A stretch of DNA of 64,000 bases from assembly GCA_965203515.1 (NCBI GenBank), contig OZ241907.1:1511379-1575378 (forward strand), in the 5' to 3' direction. The translations under genes were made by a program, and so were the position numbers. Shown here piece by piece: positions 8,923 through 18,606 of the stretch (its first letter is position 1; the number at the start of each line of letters is the position of its first letter). The notes under the pieces are model-generated. The model was not told the DNA's origin. It saw nothing but the letters and a program-made list of their open reading frames with translations, and searched no databases. This DNA comes from Spirochaetia bacterium (GTDB taxonomy: Bacteria > Spirochaetota > Spirochaetia > SZUA-6 > Bin103).

Positions 8923-9837
8923 TCACCAATCCACGCTGACCAGGACCGAGTCCAGGAACAGGAAATTGCGCACCGGCAGGTGCGTGCGCACGTCGACGCA
9001 GAAGTTCAGCAGCCGGTCGCAGCCGTAGTACGGGTGGTCGTACACCGGAACCGGCAGCTCGCGCAGGTCGAGCGCGCGGTCGTTCACCCGCAGCTCGACG
9101 TTGCGGCGCGCCGCCGTGTCGAAGGTCCAGCTCAGATAGTTCCAATTGATCTTGGTCGGCACCTCGTTGTGGCACAGCGAAAAGGCGCCGCCCGGCACCT
9201 CCTCCCAGTCGTCCGGATGCACGGTGTGGTAGTCGGTCGGCGCCGGCATGCCGGCGAGCTGCATCCTGGTGGTCACCTGCAGCGAGGTCTTGTACATCCA
9301 CTTGCGCACGAAGTTGCCTTCGAAGTCGGTGTTGACGTAGCGCAGCGCGCAGTGATGGCGCGTGCCGTCCGGGCCGTCGTTGACGTCGTTGCTGAAGCAG
9401 AAGTCGCCGAACATCGCCTCCACCGGGTGGTAGTTGCCGTCCCATCGCTTCGGGCCGGTGAGCGCCGGATCGAACACCGTCTCCGCCTTATAGGTGAACC
9501 AGGTCTCCAACCGCACCAGCCCGCGCCTGACGTACGTGACCCGCTTGATGAGCTGATTCATGTGATTCACGCGCGGGCGCGTAGCAAGCTTCAACGAGTA
9601 GACCCCGTCGAAGCTGCCGTGCGTGCCGATGTCGAAGAAGGTGCAGGTGCTGAGCTGCGCCGGCCGCAGGTCGCGCACCAGCGGGCGGATGTTGTCGAGG
9701 TCGTTGTCGTGATTGCCGACCAGCTCGCACCAGCCGTTGATCCCCTCGTCGAAATCGTCGAAGAACAGTACCCGCGGCAACGGATCGAACTTGGCCAGGC
9801 GCACGTCGGCGGCGCCGGTCCGCCGCAGCCGCGTCAC
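8923..9837 (-). CDS. Conserved hypothetical protein (recalled resemblance to DUF6772; beta-rich, lectin/LamG-like character)
   Basis: Begins 'RLAKFDPLPRVLFFDDFDEGINGW'; GTG start at 9837 overlapping Ogl stop (GTGA); the longer track ORF to 11100 is a shadow extension. Confidence 0.6.
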   Translation of the reverse strand: MTRLRRTGAADVRLAKFDPLPRVLFFDDFDEGINGWCELVGNHDNDLDNIRPLVRDLRPAQLSTCTFFDIGTHGSFDGVYSLKLATRPRVNHMNQLIKRVTYVRRGLVRLETWFTYKAETVFDPALTGPKRWDGNYHPVEAMFGDFCFSNDVNDGPDGTRHHCALRYVNTDFEGNFVRKWMYKTSLQVTTRMQLAGMPAPTDYHTVHPDDWEEVPGGAFSLCHNEVPTKINWNYLSWTFDTAARRNVELRVNDRALDLRELPVPVYDHPYYGCDRLLNFCVDVRTHLPVRNFLFLDSVLVSVDW

Positions 9838-11189
9838 GCCATCCACCGCGGCCAGACCGGGTCGGCCAGGAAGAGCTGCGACTGCCGGCGGTCGCCGGCT
9901 CCGTAGGCGACCCAGCGGTCGTCCGGCGAGAAGACCGGATGCGGATGGCAGCAGCGCCACACCGTGTCGTGGCGCGCCAGCGGGCGCATCTCGATGAACG
10001 GCCCGCGCGTTCTGAACAGGCCGATCCAGCGGTGCGCCTGCGGCCAGCGGTAGCCGGTCGGCCCGACGGCGGCCGGGTCGGGACGCGCCGACGACTCCGG
10101 CGGCTCGGCGGCCTCGCCCTCCCCCGCGTCCGCGTACCGGTCGGGATCGCCCCGCCCCTCGAACCAGTGCAGGCCCGGGTCGGCGGCGTCGCCCACCCAG
10201 AGATCGGCCCGCGAGTTGCACTTGAAGTGCACGGGCTCGCGGCCCGGAAAGACCCAGCGGCGGTCGACGCGGTCGATCAGGTCGACGTCGATCATCTCCA
10301 CGCGCCGCACCGGGCCGACCGGGACGCCTTCGCGGTCGCGCTCCGTGAAGGTGAACAGCAGCGACTCGACGCGGTTGCCGGGCGCCGGGAAGTAGTGGTT
10401 GACCATCTCGAACGGCTGCTGGTCGAAGATCGGCACCGGGTCCTGCAGCGGTGTCAGACGCTCCAGGTCGACCCGCATGAACCACATGGTCTTCAACCCG
10501 GTCGGCTGCGTGCGGGTGTAGCTGCCGAAGAAGAGGTAGGAGGGATCGCCCCGGCAGATGAACAGGTGGCTGTCGGCCGCGGCGCGGTTCTCGGCGCTCG
10601 GTCCGTGGTAGACCACCGCCTGCCGCCGCTCCTGCAGGTCGCACAGCACCACCAGCGTCTCGCTGCCGTGCCGGTAGCGGTTGTCGGCCCGCCACGGCCA
10701 TTCCGGCGCGTGCTCGGGCCGGCAGCCCAGCACCAGGTAGCGTCCGCAGCTCGACAGGTCGGGGCCGCTCAGCGGCCCGCATCCCGGCGGCGATTCGGCC
10801 ACGACCTCCTCGCGCAGCGTCTCCATGTCGAGGCAGCAGACCCGCGCGCCGCGGCTGTAGTAGATGCGGCCGCGCACCGGATCGCAGGTGAAGCCGGCCG
10901 ACCCGTGGCCGCCGCCGGCCCGCCGCCCCACGTCGGCCAGCACCGGCGGGTCCCGGGAATCGGTGAGCTGCACGATCGCGCCGGAGCGGAGCTCCACCGC
11001 GTAGATCTGGCCGATGCCCGACCGGTTGGAAGCGAACACGAACCGCTCCGAGCCGTCGACGAACCCCTCCTGGTTGTAGTACGGGTGGACGTTGAAGCAC
11101 GGCGCGTCGGTGAGCTGCACCACCCGCACGCCGGTCGACGGCTCCCGGTACTCCCGCTTCTCCGCAGGCAGAACGTCACCTCGCGCCAT
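9834..11189 (-). CDS. Oligogalacturonate lyase (PL22/Ogl)-like beta-propeller protein
   Basis: 'REYREPSTGVRVVQLTD', 'HPYYNQEGF', 'FVFASNRSG', C-terminal 'HPHPVFSPDDRWVAY'. Confidence 0.7.
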   Translation of the reverse strand: MARGDVLPAEKREYREPSTGVRVVQLTDAPCFNVHPYYNQEGFVDGSERFVFASNRSGIGQIYAVELRSGAIVQLTDSRDPPVLADVGRRAGGGHGSAGFTCDPVRGRIYYSRGARVCCLDMETLREEVVAESPPGCGPLSGPDLSSCGRYLVLGCRPEHAPEWPWRADNRYRHGSETLVVLCDLQERRQAVVYHGPSAENRAAADSHLFICRGDPSYLFFGSYTRTQPTGLKTMWFMRVDLERLTPLQDPVPIFDQQPFEMVNHYFPAPGNRVESLLFTFTERDREGVPVGPVRRVEMIDVDLIDRVDRRWVFPGREPVHFKCNSRADLWVGDAADPGLHWFEGRGDPDRYADAGEGEAAEPPESSARPDPAAVGPTGYRWPQAHRWIGLFRTRGPFIEMRPLARHDTVWRCCHPHPVFSPDDRWVAYGAGDRRQSQLFLADPVWPRWMA

Positions 11190-11250
11190 ATTTCGCCAAC
11201 CCCGGTTCATTATCGCTCCGGCCCGCCGGCGCGGCTACCGGCCGGCCCGG

Positions 11251-11370
11251 TGCCGTGTGGTGCTGGCCGATCCACGCCTCCTCATAGCCCAGCCGGTCGC
11301 AACGGACCACCAGCTCCAGGTCATCTTCGAAACGACGCGAAACCGGGTAGACTCCTCCCTGCCGCGGATG
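11251..11370 (-). pseudogene. Remnant N-terminal fragment of a luciferase-like (LLM-class) flavin monooxygenase
   Basis: Minus frame reads 'HPRQGGVYPVSRRFEDDLELVVRCDRLGYEEAWIGQHHTA', matching the LLM N-terminal 'EDLEL..RAD.LG..EAW.G.HH' pattern, then degenerates. Confidence 0.5.
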
Positions 11371-12909
11371 AGATCGACCTCCTCGCCTGATCCCTCGCCT
11401 CCCGCATCGCCGCACGACACCGGCGTCTATCCGCCGCGCACCTGTCTGTTCCTGGACGACCTGCACGTCGGCCGGCTGGACGGACTGCGCCGCGTGACCG
11501 GCCCGGTCGAGCAGGTAGCCGGCGGCCCGGTGCTGGAGCCGGCGGCGCCGTGGGAGGGAATCGGCCTGATCGGCCGCAACTGCGTCCTCTGGGACGCCGA
11601 AGAGGCGCGCTTCAAGTGCTGGTATCCGGCCTACGATCCATCGTTGCCGGACGCGCCGGTCGGCGCCAGGCGGCGGTGGGCCTATGCGGAGAGCCGCGAC
11701 GGCCTGACCTGGGAGCGGCCGAACCTGGGCCTCACCGAGCATGCCGGCTCCACCGCCAACAACCTGCTGCGCCTGGATGGCGCCGGCGAGTCGGCGGCCG
11801 CGCTGTGGAGCGTCGCCAAGGACCCGCGCGATCCCGACCCGGCGCGGCGTTACAAGGCGATCGGCCTGGACCGCCACCCGCGGCGTCCCGGCGAGCTGAC
11901 CTGGACCGGGCCGGATGGACCGGACGAGTGGTACCGCAGCCACGGCCGGCATCTGGCGTGCGGGCTGTACGTCGCCTACTCGGCCGACGGGCTGACGTGG
12001 CGCCAGCGCGACGGTTGGGCCGGGTCCGGCGCGCTGATCACCGACAACACGATCCTGCACGGCTACGATCCCGCTACCAGCCGCTGGGTGCTCTGGCAGC
12101 GGCCGCGCATCATGCCCAAGCACCGCGTCATCGGCGTCAGCTTCTCCACCGACTTCGACGACTGGACCTTCCCGGAGTGCGTGCTGGCGCCCGATGCCGA
12201 CGATCCGCCCGGCACGCAGTTCGACCAGCTCTCCACGGTCGCCGCCTCCGACGGCGCCTTCGTGGGGCTGCTCGGCGCCTCCGCCGTGATGCGGCAGGAC
12301 CGCGGCGTGCTGTCGGTGGCGCCGCAGCTCGTCTACTCCCGCGACGCGCGGCGCTGGACCCGGGTCGACCGAGCGCCCTTCATCCGCCCCGTCGAGCCGC
12401 CCGCCTGGGACGACGGCTGCATCATCCCCTTCAATCCGCAGGTCGTGGGCGACGAGGTATTCATCTTCTACTACGGCAAGAACGCCGGCCACATCTGGGG
12501 CGAGCCGACCGTCGACGGCGCGCGCGTGACCCGTTCGGCGTTCGGCCTGGTGAAGCTGCGCCGCGACCGCTGGGCCGCGCTGGCCCCCGCCGGCGGCGCG
12601 GAAGGCACGCTCACCACCGCACTGATCGCCTTCGCGCGCCCGGAGTTGCGCCTGAACGCGGACGCCTCGGCCGGCTCGATCTCCGTGGAGCTGGTCGACT
12701 GCCAGAGCGGCGACGCGGTGCCGGGCTTCACCTTCGCCGAATGCGACGGCATCGCCGGCGACGACCTGGACCATGCGGTGAGCTGGGGCGGCCGGCGGGA
12801 CCTGTCGGCGATCGTCGGCACCGCCCGGCGACAACCGCGGGTCGGCCGCGGCCTGGTGATCCGCGTGCGCCTGCGCGGCGGCGCGAGGCTGTACGGACTG
12901 GCCTGCTGA
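11368..12909 (+). CDS. Five-bladed beta-propeller glycosidase-like protein (GH32/43/130 clan-like)
   Basis: 'YAESRDGLTWERP', 'YSADGLTW', 'YSRDARRW', 'WDDGCI'; start uncertain (ATG 11368). Confidence 0.65.
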   Translation: MRSTSSPDPSPPASPHDTGVYPPRTCLFLDDLHVGRLDGLRRVTGPVEQVAGGPVLEPAAPWEGIGLIGRNCVLWDAEEARFKCWYPAYDPSLPDAPVGARRRWAYAESRDGLTWERPNLGLTEHAGSTANNLLRLDGAGESAAALWSVAKDPRDPDPARRYKAIGLDRHPRRPGELTWTGPDGPDEWYRSHGRHLACGLYVAYSADGLTWRQRDGWAGSGALITDNTILHGYDPATSRWVLWQRPRIMPKHRVIGVSFSTDFDDWTFPECVLAPDADDPPGTQFDQLSTVAASDGAFVGLLGASAVMRQDRGVLSVAPQLVYSRDARRWTRVDRAPFIRPVEPPAWDDGCIIPFNPQVVGDEVFIFYYGKNAGHIWGEPTVDGARVTRSAFGLVKLRRDRWAALAPAGGAEGTLTTALIAFARPELRLNADASAGSISVELVDCQSGDAVPGFTFAECDGIAGDDLDHAVSWGGRRDLSAIVGTARRQPRVGRGLVIRVRLRGGARLYGLAC

Positions 12910-12961
12910 CCCGGCGACGCCAGCGGCGGCGGCATCGAGGTGAGCCGGCCGGCGCAACGCA

Positions 12962-14254
12962 TCAGCCGCGCGCCGGAGCTTCCTCCGCCGACCAGCGCCG
13001 CAGCGCCTCCAGGTACTCGCGCCGCGGCAGCACCCCGTAGCCGCCGATCGATGCGCCGCCCGAGTCGAACGAGGTGTAGTGATAGAGCGAGTGCAGGAAC
13101 GCGCCGCGCGCGCCGGCCTGCCGCGCCGCCCGCACCATGCCCAGCACCTCGTCGACCGTGTACCGGTCCCAGTTGGCCAGGTGAAACGGACCGTAGCCGC
13201 GGTTGACGAAGCGGGCGTTGTCCAGCCACAGGAAGAGCGGAAAGCCGTCCGGCAGGGTGCGGCGAAACGGCGCCAGCGGCGGCGCGTCCAGGATCTTCTC
13301 GTGCGGGCAGGCGCGCTCCGCGCAGATGCCGTCGACGTAGCCGCCGGCCGCCCACCGCTCCCAGTCCTTGTAGAGCAGCAGGTGCGGCGCCCCCGCCATG
13401 CCGCCGTCGCCGAACGCCACGCACAGCTCGTAGCGGTCGGGCGACAGCCCCACCACGAACGGCCGGCCGGCGGCGTGCATCCGGCGACCGGTGCGGGCGA
13501 TCACCTCGGAGAAGTGCTCGCCCTTGATCCGGTAGAACTCCTCCGCGTCGTACGGTTCGTAGCGGATGTCGACGCCGCGGCGGTCGCGGTAGTCGGCGAC
13601 CACGCGGTCGGTGAATCCGAACGGCTCCAGGTGCGCGTCCCACGCGGGCGTGTCGAAGCAGGCGTACCAGCTATGCGAGCGGGTCGACAGGTACAGCCCG
13701 TCGATGCCGTAGCCAAGCAGCTCGCCGGTGATGGCCTCCAGCCGCTCCTGCACCTCCGCATCGCCGAAATCGGGGATGCCGTGGTAGAACCTTGATCCGT
13801 CGCGCGAGCACCAGTACTTGCGCGGCGCGGCGTACCAGACCGGATCGACCAGCGACACGTAGTCGCGGCGCACGCACTGGAACTCGTTCCAGTTGACCCA
13901 GCCCCAGATCGGCACGCCGTGCCGCCGCGCCGCCTCCACGGCGGCCGCCAGCGGATCGCCGACGTCCATCATGTCGGCGACCCGGTGCCAGTACCGCGCC
14001 GCCGGGTTGCGCGGATCGACGCACCCGTGGTCGAACGGCGCCATCGCCTTGGCCCGGTAGTAGGCGCGGCCGGCGGTGTTGCACCGGTACAGAAAGGTGA
14101 GGCCGGCGCCGGCCAGCATCTCGAACAGCCAGTCGAAGTAATCGGCGTCGATCGGCCCGTCGTGGAAGCGGGGCGGATCGGTGGGATCGTAGTTGTAGAA
14201 GACCGGAAACCGGCCGGATAGAAACCGGTCGGCCAGAAACCGGTCGGAGCGCAT
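12962..14254 (-). CDS. GHL10-like (family 10 glycosyl hydrolase-like) TIM-barrel protein
   Basis: 'DPLAAAVEAARRHGVPIWGW', 'PDFGDAEVQERL', 'YGIDGLYL', 'DWERWAAGGYVDGI'; alternative start 14293. Confidence 0.6.
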   Translation of the reverse strand: MRSDRFLADRFLSGRFPVFYNYDPTDPPRFHDGPIDADYFDWLFEMLAGAGLTFLYRCNTAGRAYYRAKAMAPFDHGCVDPRNPAARYWHRVADMMDVGDPLAAAVEAARRHGVPIWGWVNWNEFQCVRRDYVSLVDPVWYAAPRKYWCSRDGSRFYHGIPDFGDAEVQERLEAITGELLGYGIDGLYLSTRSHSWYACFDTPAWDAHLEPFGFTDRVVADYRDRRGVDIRYEPYDAEEFYRIKGEHFSEVIARTGRRMHAAGRPFVVGLSPDRYELCVAFGDGGMAGAPHLLLYKDWERWAAGGYVDGICAERACPHEKILDAPPLAPFRRTLPDGFPLFLWLDNARFVNRGYGPFHLANWDRYTVDEVLGMVRAARQAGARGAFLHSLYHYTSFDSGGASIGGYGVLPRREYLEALRRWSAEEAPARG

Positions 14255-14261
14255 GGCCGGC

Positions 14262-14289
14262 ATCGTACACCAAAAGAGAGGGCGGCCAA
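14262..14289 (-). promoter_or_regulatory. Putative sigma70 promoter TTGGCC-16-TACGAT, ATG 7 nt downstream
   Basis: -35 at 14284-14289, -10 at 14262-14267, ATG at 14254. Confidence 0.4.
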
Positions 14290-14343
14290 TCATGCCGCCC
14301 TCTCCGATCGGTTCCCCCGGCGAGGAACGGTGCAGCGTACCGG

Positions 14344-16284
14344 CTACTGTTCGATCCAGTACTGCTCCACGTTGGTGTAGCCGGGGCTCTTGAGGCGCCA
14401 GCTCTGGATCACCTCTTCCGGCACGTTGCGGAAGTTGTTCTTGACGATGGCGACCGCCGGATAGCGGACCGTGCCGATCATCCACACGTTGTCGACGTGC
14501 GACTGGATGATCTGCTTGCCGATGCGGACGCGCTCGTCCGGGTCGGCGGTGGTCTGCATCTGGTCGTACCAGTCCTGCAGCGCCTTGATGTCCGGCGTCG
14601 GCTCCTCGCCTGCCTCACCGTTGGTGGCGTACCAGCGGGCGGCCTCGGGCGCCCAGCCGTGGCTTGCGCCGTTGACCGGCACGTACCAGTTGGGGTCGAT
14701 CGACCAGTGGATGCCGACCGTGAGATAGGCGTTCACCATGAACTCGCCCGAAGCGCGGTTCTCGGTCCAGAGACTGCGGTCGATGACCCTGATCTCCGTG
14801 CGGACGTCGACCGCCTCCCAGTGGTCCTTGAGCAGCTCCAGCATGTCGGCCCCGCCGCCGGCTTCCTCTGCGCCGTAGGAGGATACGATCAGGTGCAGCG
14901 GATCGCCGTCGGGGCGCAGGCGGAAGCCTTCGCCGTCGCGGGCGGTCAGGCCCAGGCCGTCGAGCAGCCGGTTCGCCCCTGCCGGGTCGTAATCGGTGTG
15001 CACCGGCTCCACGAAGAACGGATCGGCCTCTACCGGCACCGCCTGCCACGGGATGGCGACGCCCAGGTAGACCAGATCGCCGATCTCCTGGCGGTCGATC
15101 GCCTTGGACATGGCGATGCGGAAGTCGCGCTCATTGAAGAGTTGGCGCAGCACCGGGTCCTTGTGGGTCAGGTTGAACTTGAACGCGTCCGGAATCGGGT
15201 TGATCCACTGCCGCACCTGGAAGTCGCCCGTCGCCTCGCTCTCCACGAACAGCGTGTAGTTGCCGAAGCTCATGTAGCGCGACTGCATGTCGATCTCGCC
15301 GGCCATCGCCTTGAAGTTGGCGGCGTCGCCGCCCTGCACCACGTCGATCGCCATGCGGTCGATGTACGGGAGCTGCTGGCCGGTCGTGTCGACCTTCCAG
15401 TAGTAGGCGTTGCGCTCGGCGATCTGGCGCGTCACGCCGGTCGCCTCCGACGCCAGCTTCCACGGCCGGATGGAGGGGACGTCCTGGTTGAGGGTCGCGT
15501 TGCCGAGCTGTCCGTGGCGCTGGTGCCACAGCTCGAAACCTTCGGCCTTGGCGGCTTCGGTGAGCTTGTCCTTGTCGCCGTAGCTGGCGTGGAACTGGCT
15601 CAGGTAGTGCTTGGGCGCGAACAGGCCGTCGCCACGGAAGGTGAGCACCTCCTCAAACAGGCCGTTGGTGGCGGCGAAGGAGAACCGGATGGTGTAGTCA
15701 TCGACCTTGGTGAGGGTCGGCGCTTGCCCCGCCACGCGCAGCCACGACGGAAAGACCGGGGTGATCTCCGTGTTCATGTAGACGTCGTCGAACTGATACA
15801 GGATGTCGTCGGCCGTGAACGGCGCGCCGTCCGACCACCGCATGCCCTCGCGCAGATAGAAGGTGAACTCGGTGCCGTCCGCGTTCGCCTCCCAGCGGTG
15901 GGCGATGTTGGCGACCACGGCCGTGCCGTCGCGGGCGCGCCGGATCAGCGGCTCGTAGCCCATCCGGTCGATCAGACGGTTGTCGGTGGGCCGGGTGGCG
16001 ACGCGCCGCCACGTGCCGCCGTACTGTCCCACCTCCTCGGCGGGGGCGACCACGGCCGGCTCCAGCGGCAGACGGTCGGCGACCGGCGGCAGCGAGCCGT
16101 CGGCGACCATGGCCTGCAGGACCGGCGCCTCGGTGAAGCCGGTGATCGTGGCGCCGGTGTCCCGCTCGAAGGCGGCGACGGTGGCCCACTGCCCCAGCGG
16201 GTACCCGACGCCGGCCTGAGCAAGGCCCAGGGCAGCCGCGGCGGTCAACAGGACGGCCGCTAGCGAAATGCGAACGTATGACAT
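14344..16284 (-). CDS. ABC transporter substrate-binding protein, family 5 (Opp/Dpp-like, probably oligosaccharide)
   Basis: Signal peptide 'MSYVRISLAAVLLTAAAALGLAQA'; 'LPPVADRLP', 'YLREGMRWSDGAPFTADD', 'GQQLPYIDR'; RBS AGGAG. Confidence 0.92.
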   Translation of the reverse strand: MSYVRISLAAVLLTAAAALGLAQAGVGYPLGQWATVAAFERDTGATITGFTEAPVLQAMVADGSLPPVADRLPLEPAVVAPAEEVGQYGGTWRRVATRPTDNRLIDRMGYEPLIRRARDGTAVVANIAHRWEANADGTEFTFYLREGMRWSDGAPFTADDILYQFDDVYMNTEITPVFPSWLRVAGQAPTLTKVDDYTIRFSFAATNGLFEEVLTFRGDGLFAPKHYLSQFHASYGDKDKLTEAAKAEGFELWHQRHGQLGNATLNQDVPSIRPWKLASEATGVTRQIAERNAYYWKVDTTGQQLPYIDRMAIDVVQGGDAANFKAMAGEIDMQSRYMSFGNYTLFVESEATGDFQVRQWINPIPDAFKFNLTHKDPVLRQLFNERDFRIAMSKAIDRQEIGDLVYLGVAIPWQAVPVEADPFFVEPVHTDYDPAGANRLLDGLGLTARDGEGFRLRPDGDPLHLIVSSYGAEEAGGGADMLELLKDHWEAVDVRTEIRVIDRSLWTENRASGEFMVNAYLTVGIHWSIDPNWYVPVNGASHGWAPEAARWYATNGEAGEEPTPDIKALQDWYDQMQTTADPDERVRIGKQIIQSHVDNVWMIGTVRYPAVAIVKNNFRNVPEEVIQSWRLKSPGYTNVEQYWIEQ

Positions 16285-16361
16285 GTCAGTAGCTCCTTGG
16301 TGGTTGATTGTTCGTGTCCGCTCCACGTGCCGGCCAGCATACCGTCCGGCCCTTGGGTCGT

Positions 16362-17549
16362 TCAAGTCTTGTACGGGTCGGCGGCGTCGCGCAGGCCGTC
16401 GCCCACGAAGTTGAGCGCCAGCACGGTCAGGACCACCGCGACCCCCGGCAGCAGGAGCCATGGGTTGAGGGCCACCGAGCTGACGTTCTGCGTCTCCTTG
16501 AGCAGCACGCCCCAGCTGATCTCCGGCGGCAGCAGGCCCAGACCCAGGAAGCTCAACGCGGTCTCCGCCAGGATCATTCCGGGGATGCTCAGCGTGATCG
16601 AGACGATGATGTGGCTCATGAACGACGGCAGCAGGTGCCGGCGGATGGTGGTCGACTCTTTCGTCCCGGCCACCAGCGCCGCGGTCACGAAATCCTCCCC
16701 GCGCGCCGCCAGCAGCTTGCCGCGCACCACGCGCGCCAGCCCGGTCCAACTGATCACGGACAGGATGAGGGTGATGGCGAAGTAGCGCTGCACCGGCCCC
16801 CATTCCAGGGGCAGCGCGGCGGCCAGCGCCAGCCACAGCGGGATGGTCGGAAACGATCGGAGCAGCTCGATGACGCGCTGCACCACGGTGTCGGTGGTGC
16901 CCCCGTAGTAACCCGACACGCCTCCCAGGATCAGCCCCAGGACCAGGCCGATCGCCACCCCGATCAGGCCGATCGACAACGAGATGCGCGCCCCGTACAC
17001 GATGCGCGACAGCATGTCCCGGCCCAGACGGTCGGTGCCGAGCAGGAAGATGGTCCCCCCCTCCTCCACGCCGAACAGATGCAGGTCGGTATCGAACAGC
17101 CCCCACCACGTATACGGCTGGCCGCGCTGGAACAGCGTGACGTAGTACTTCTGCGACCGGTCCTCCGTGTAGGTGCGGCGCAGCGAGCGCGGGTCGATCT
17201 GCCGCTCCAGCCGGTACACGAACGGCCGCAGCGAGAACCCGGTCTCACTGTCGTAGAAGTGGATCGGCTGCGGCGGCACGTAGGTGTGGCCGCTGTGCCG
17301 ATGCCGCGGGTCGTAGGGGGCGATCACCTCGCAGAATGCGCCGAGCACGTAGAATATCCCTGCCACGGTGATGCCGGTCAGCGCCAGCTTGTGACGCCGG
17401 AACTTGATCCACATCAGGCGCCACTGCGACGCCAGGTAGAGCCGGTCCTCGGCGGCGTCCGACGGGTCGCGCGCTCGGTCGAATCGGGAGTCGCCTGCGC
17501 CGGTCGATCCTGCGCCGGGGGTGGGAGTGGGCGTCGAAAGCGTGCTCAT
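16362..17549 (-). CDS. ABC transporter permease (DppC/OppC-like)
   Basis: 'LLGTDRLGRDMLSRIVYGARISLSIG', 'EDFVTAALVAG', 'ETALSFLGLG'. Confidence 0.92.
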   Translation of the reverse strand: MSTLSTPTPTPGAGSTGAGDSRFDRARDPSDAAEDRLYLASQWRLMWIKFRRHKLALTGITVAGIFYVLGAFCEVIAPYDPRHRHSGHTYVPPQPIHFYDSETGFSLRPFVYRLERQIDPRSLRRTYTEDRSQKYYVTLFQRGQPYTWWGLFDTDLHLFGVEEGGTIFLLGTDRLGRDMLSRIVYGARISLSIGLIGVAIGLVLGLILGGVSGYYGGTTDTVVQRVIELLRSFPTIPLWLALAAALPLEWGPVQRYFAITLILSVISWTGLARVVRGKLLAARGEDFVTAALVAGTKESTTIRRHLLPSFMSHIIVSITLSIPGMILAETALSFLGLGLLPPEISWGVLLKETQNVSSVALNPWLLLPGVAVVLTVLALNFVGDGLRDAADPYKT

Positions 17550-17566
17550 CCGACCGGCGCCCTGTT

Positions 17567-18562
17567 TCACGCTCCGCGCTGCCCGAAGCGGATGCGCGGA
17601 TCGACCACGGCCAGCAGGATGTCGGACACGAAGGTGCCCGCCACCGTCAGGCAGGCCAGGAACATCACGATGGTCCCCGCCAGGAACATGTCCTGGCTCA
17701 GCAGCGCATTCAGCAGCAGTGGACCGACCGTCGGCAGGCTGAGCACCAACGCGACGACCAGCTCGCCGGAGAGGATGTCCGGCAGCAGCCACGCGACGCT
17801 GGAGACCAGCGGATTGACCGCCAGCCGCACCGGATACTTGAAGAGCAGGCGGGTTTCGCCCAACCCCTTGGCGCGCGCCGTGATCGTGTACTGGCGGCTG
17901 ATCTCGTCGAGCAGGTTGCCGCGCATGATGCGGATGATCGATGCCGTACCGGCCGTACCGACCACGACCACGGGGATGATCAGGTGCTTGAGCAGGTCGA
18001 TCACCTTGCCAAAGCTCCACGGCGCTTCGATGTACTCCTCGGAGAACAGGCCGAGCGCTACGAGGCCGAAATTGAGGTAGACGACGACCATCAGGATGAG
18101 GGCCACCAGGAAATTAGGAGTCGCCAGGCCCATGAAGCCGACCGTGGTGAATAGATGATCGACAGGCGAGTATTGATGGACCGCCGAGTAGATGCCGATC
18201 GGGACCGCCACGACCCAGGTGAAGATCATGGTCCCCAGCGAGAGGATCACCGTGAGCAGCAGCCGCTCCCCGATCAGCGTGCGGACCGGCTTCTCGTACT
18301 CGAACGACTGGCCGAATTCGCCCCGCAGGAAGCCCCACAGCCAGCGCAGGAATTGGTGGATGAAAGATCGGTCCAGGCCGTAGCGCGCCCGCAGCGAGGC
18401 GATCTCATCCTGGTTCACCGACTCACCGCTGGCGGCGAGATTGGCGATGTAGGAGGTCAGATAATCGCCGGGCGGCAGCTGGATGAGAATGAAGGAGACC
18501 ACGGCGATCACGAAGAGCGTGGGGATCAGCAGCAGGATGCGTTGGACGACGTACTGTACCAT
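17567..18562 (-). CDS. ABC transporter permease (DppB/OppB-like)
   Basis: 'YVVQRILLLIPTLF', 'LPPGD', 'QYTITARAKGL', 'DPRIR'. Confidence 0.92.
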   Translation of the reverse strand: MVQYVVQRILLLIPTLFVIAVVSFILIQLPPGDYLTSYIANLAASGESVNQDEIASLRARYGLDRSFIHQFLRWLWGFLRGEFGQSFEYEKPVRTLIGERLLLTVILSLGTMIFTWVVAVPIGIYSAVHQYSPVDHLFTTVGFMGLATPNFLVALILMVVVYLNFGLVALGLFSEEYIEAPWSFGKVIDLLKHLIIPVVVVGTAGTASIIRIMRGNLLDEISRQYTITARAKGLGETRLLFKYPVRLAVNPLVSSVAWLLPDILSGELVVALVLSLPTVGPLLLNALLSQDMFLAGTIVMFLACLTVAGTFVSDILLAVVDPRIRFGQRGA

Positions 18563-18606
18563 ACCGGGAGAGCGGTCGCCGGGCGGCCGTGGTAGAGTGA
18601 ACGGCG

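Noticed and set aside
8923-17109. Apparent long fusions in the track (8923-11100, 14344-17109, 16362-18020, 31892-33706)
   Set aside because: The N-terminal extensions overlap other real genes in another frame; true starts with RBS or coupled overlaps lie downstream
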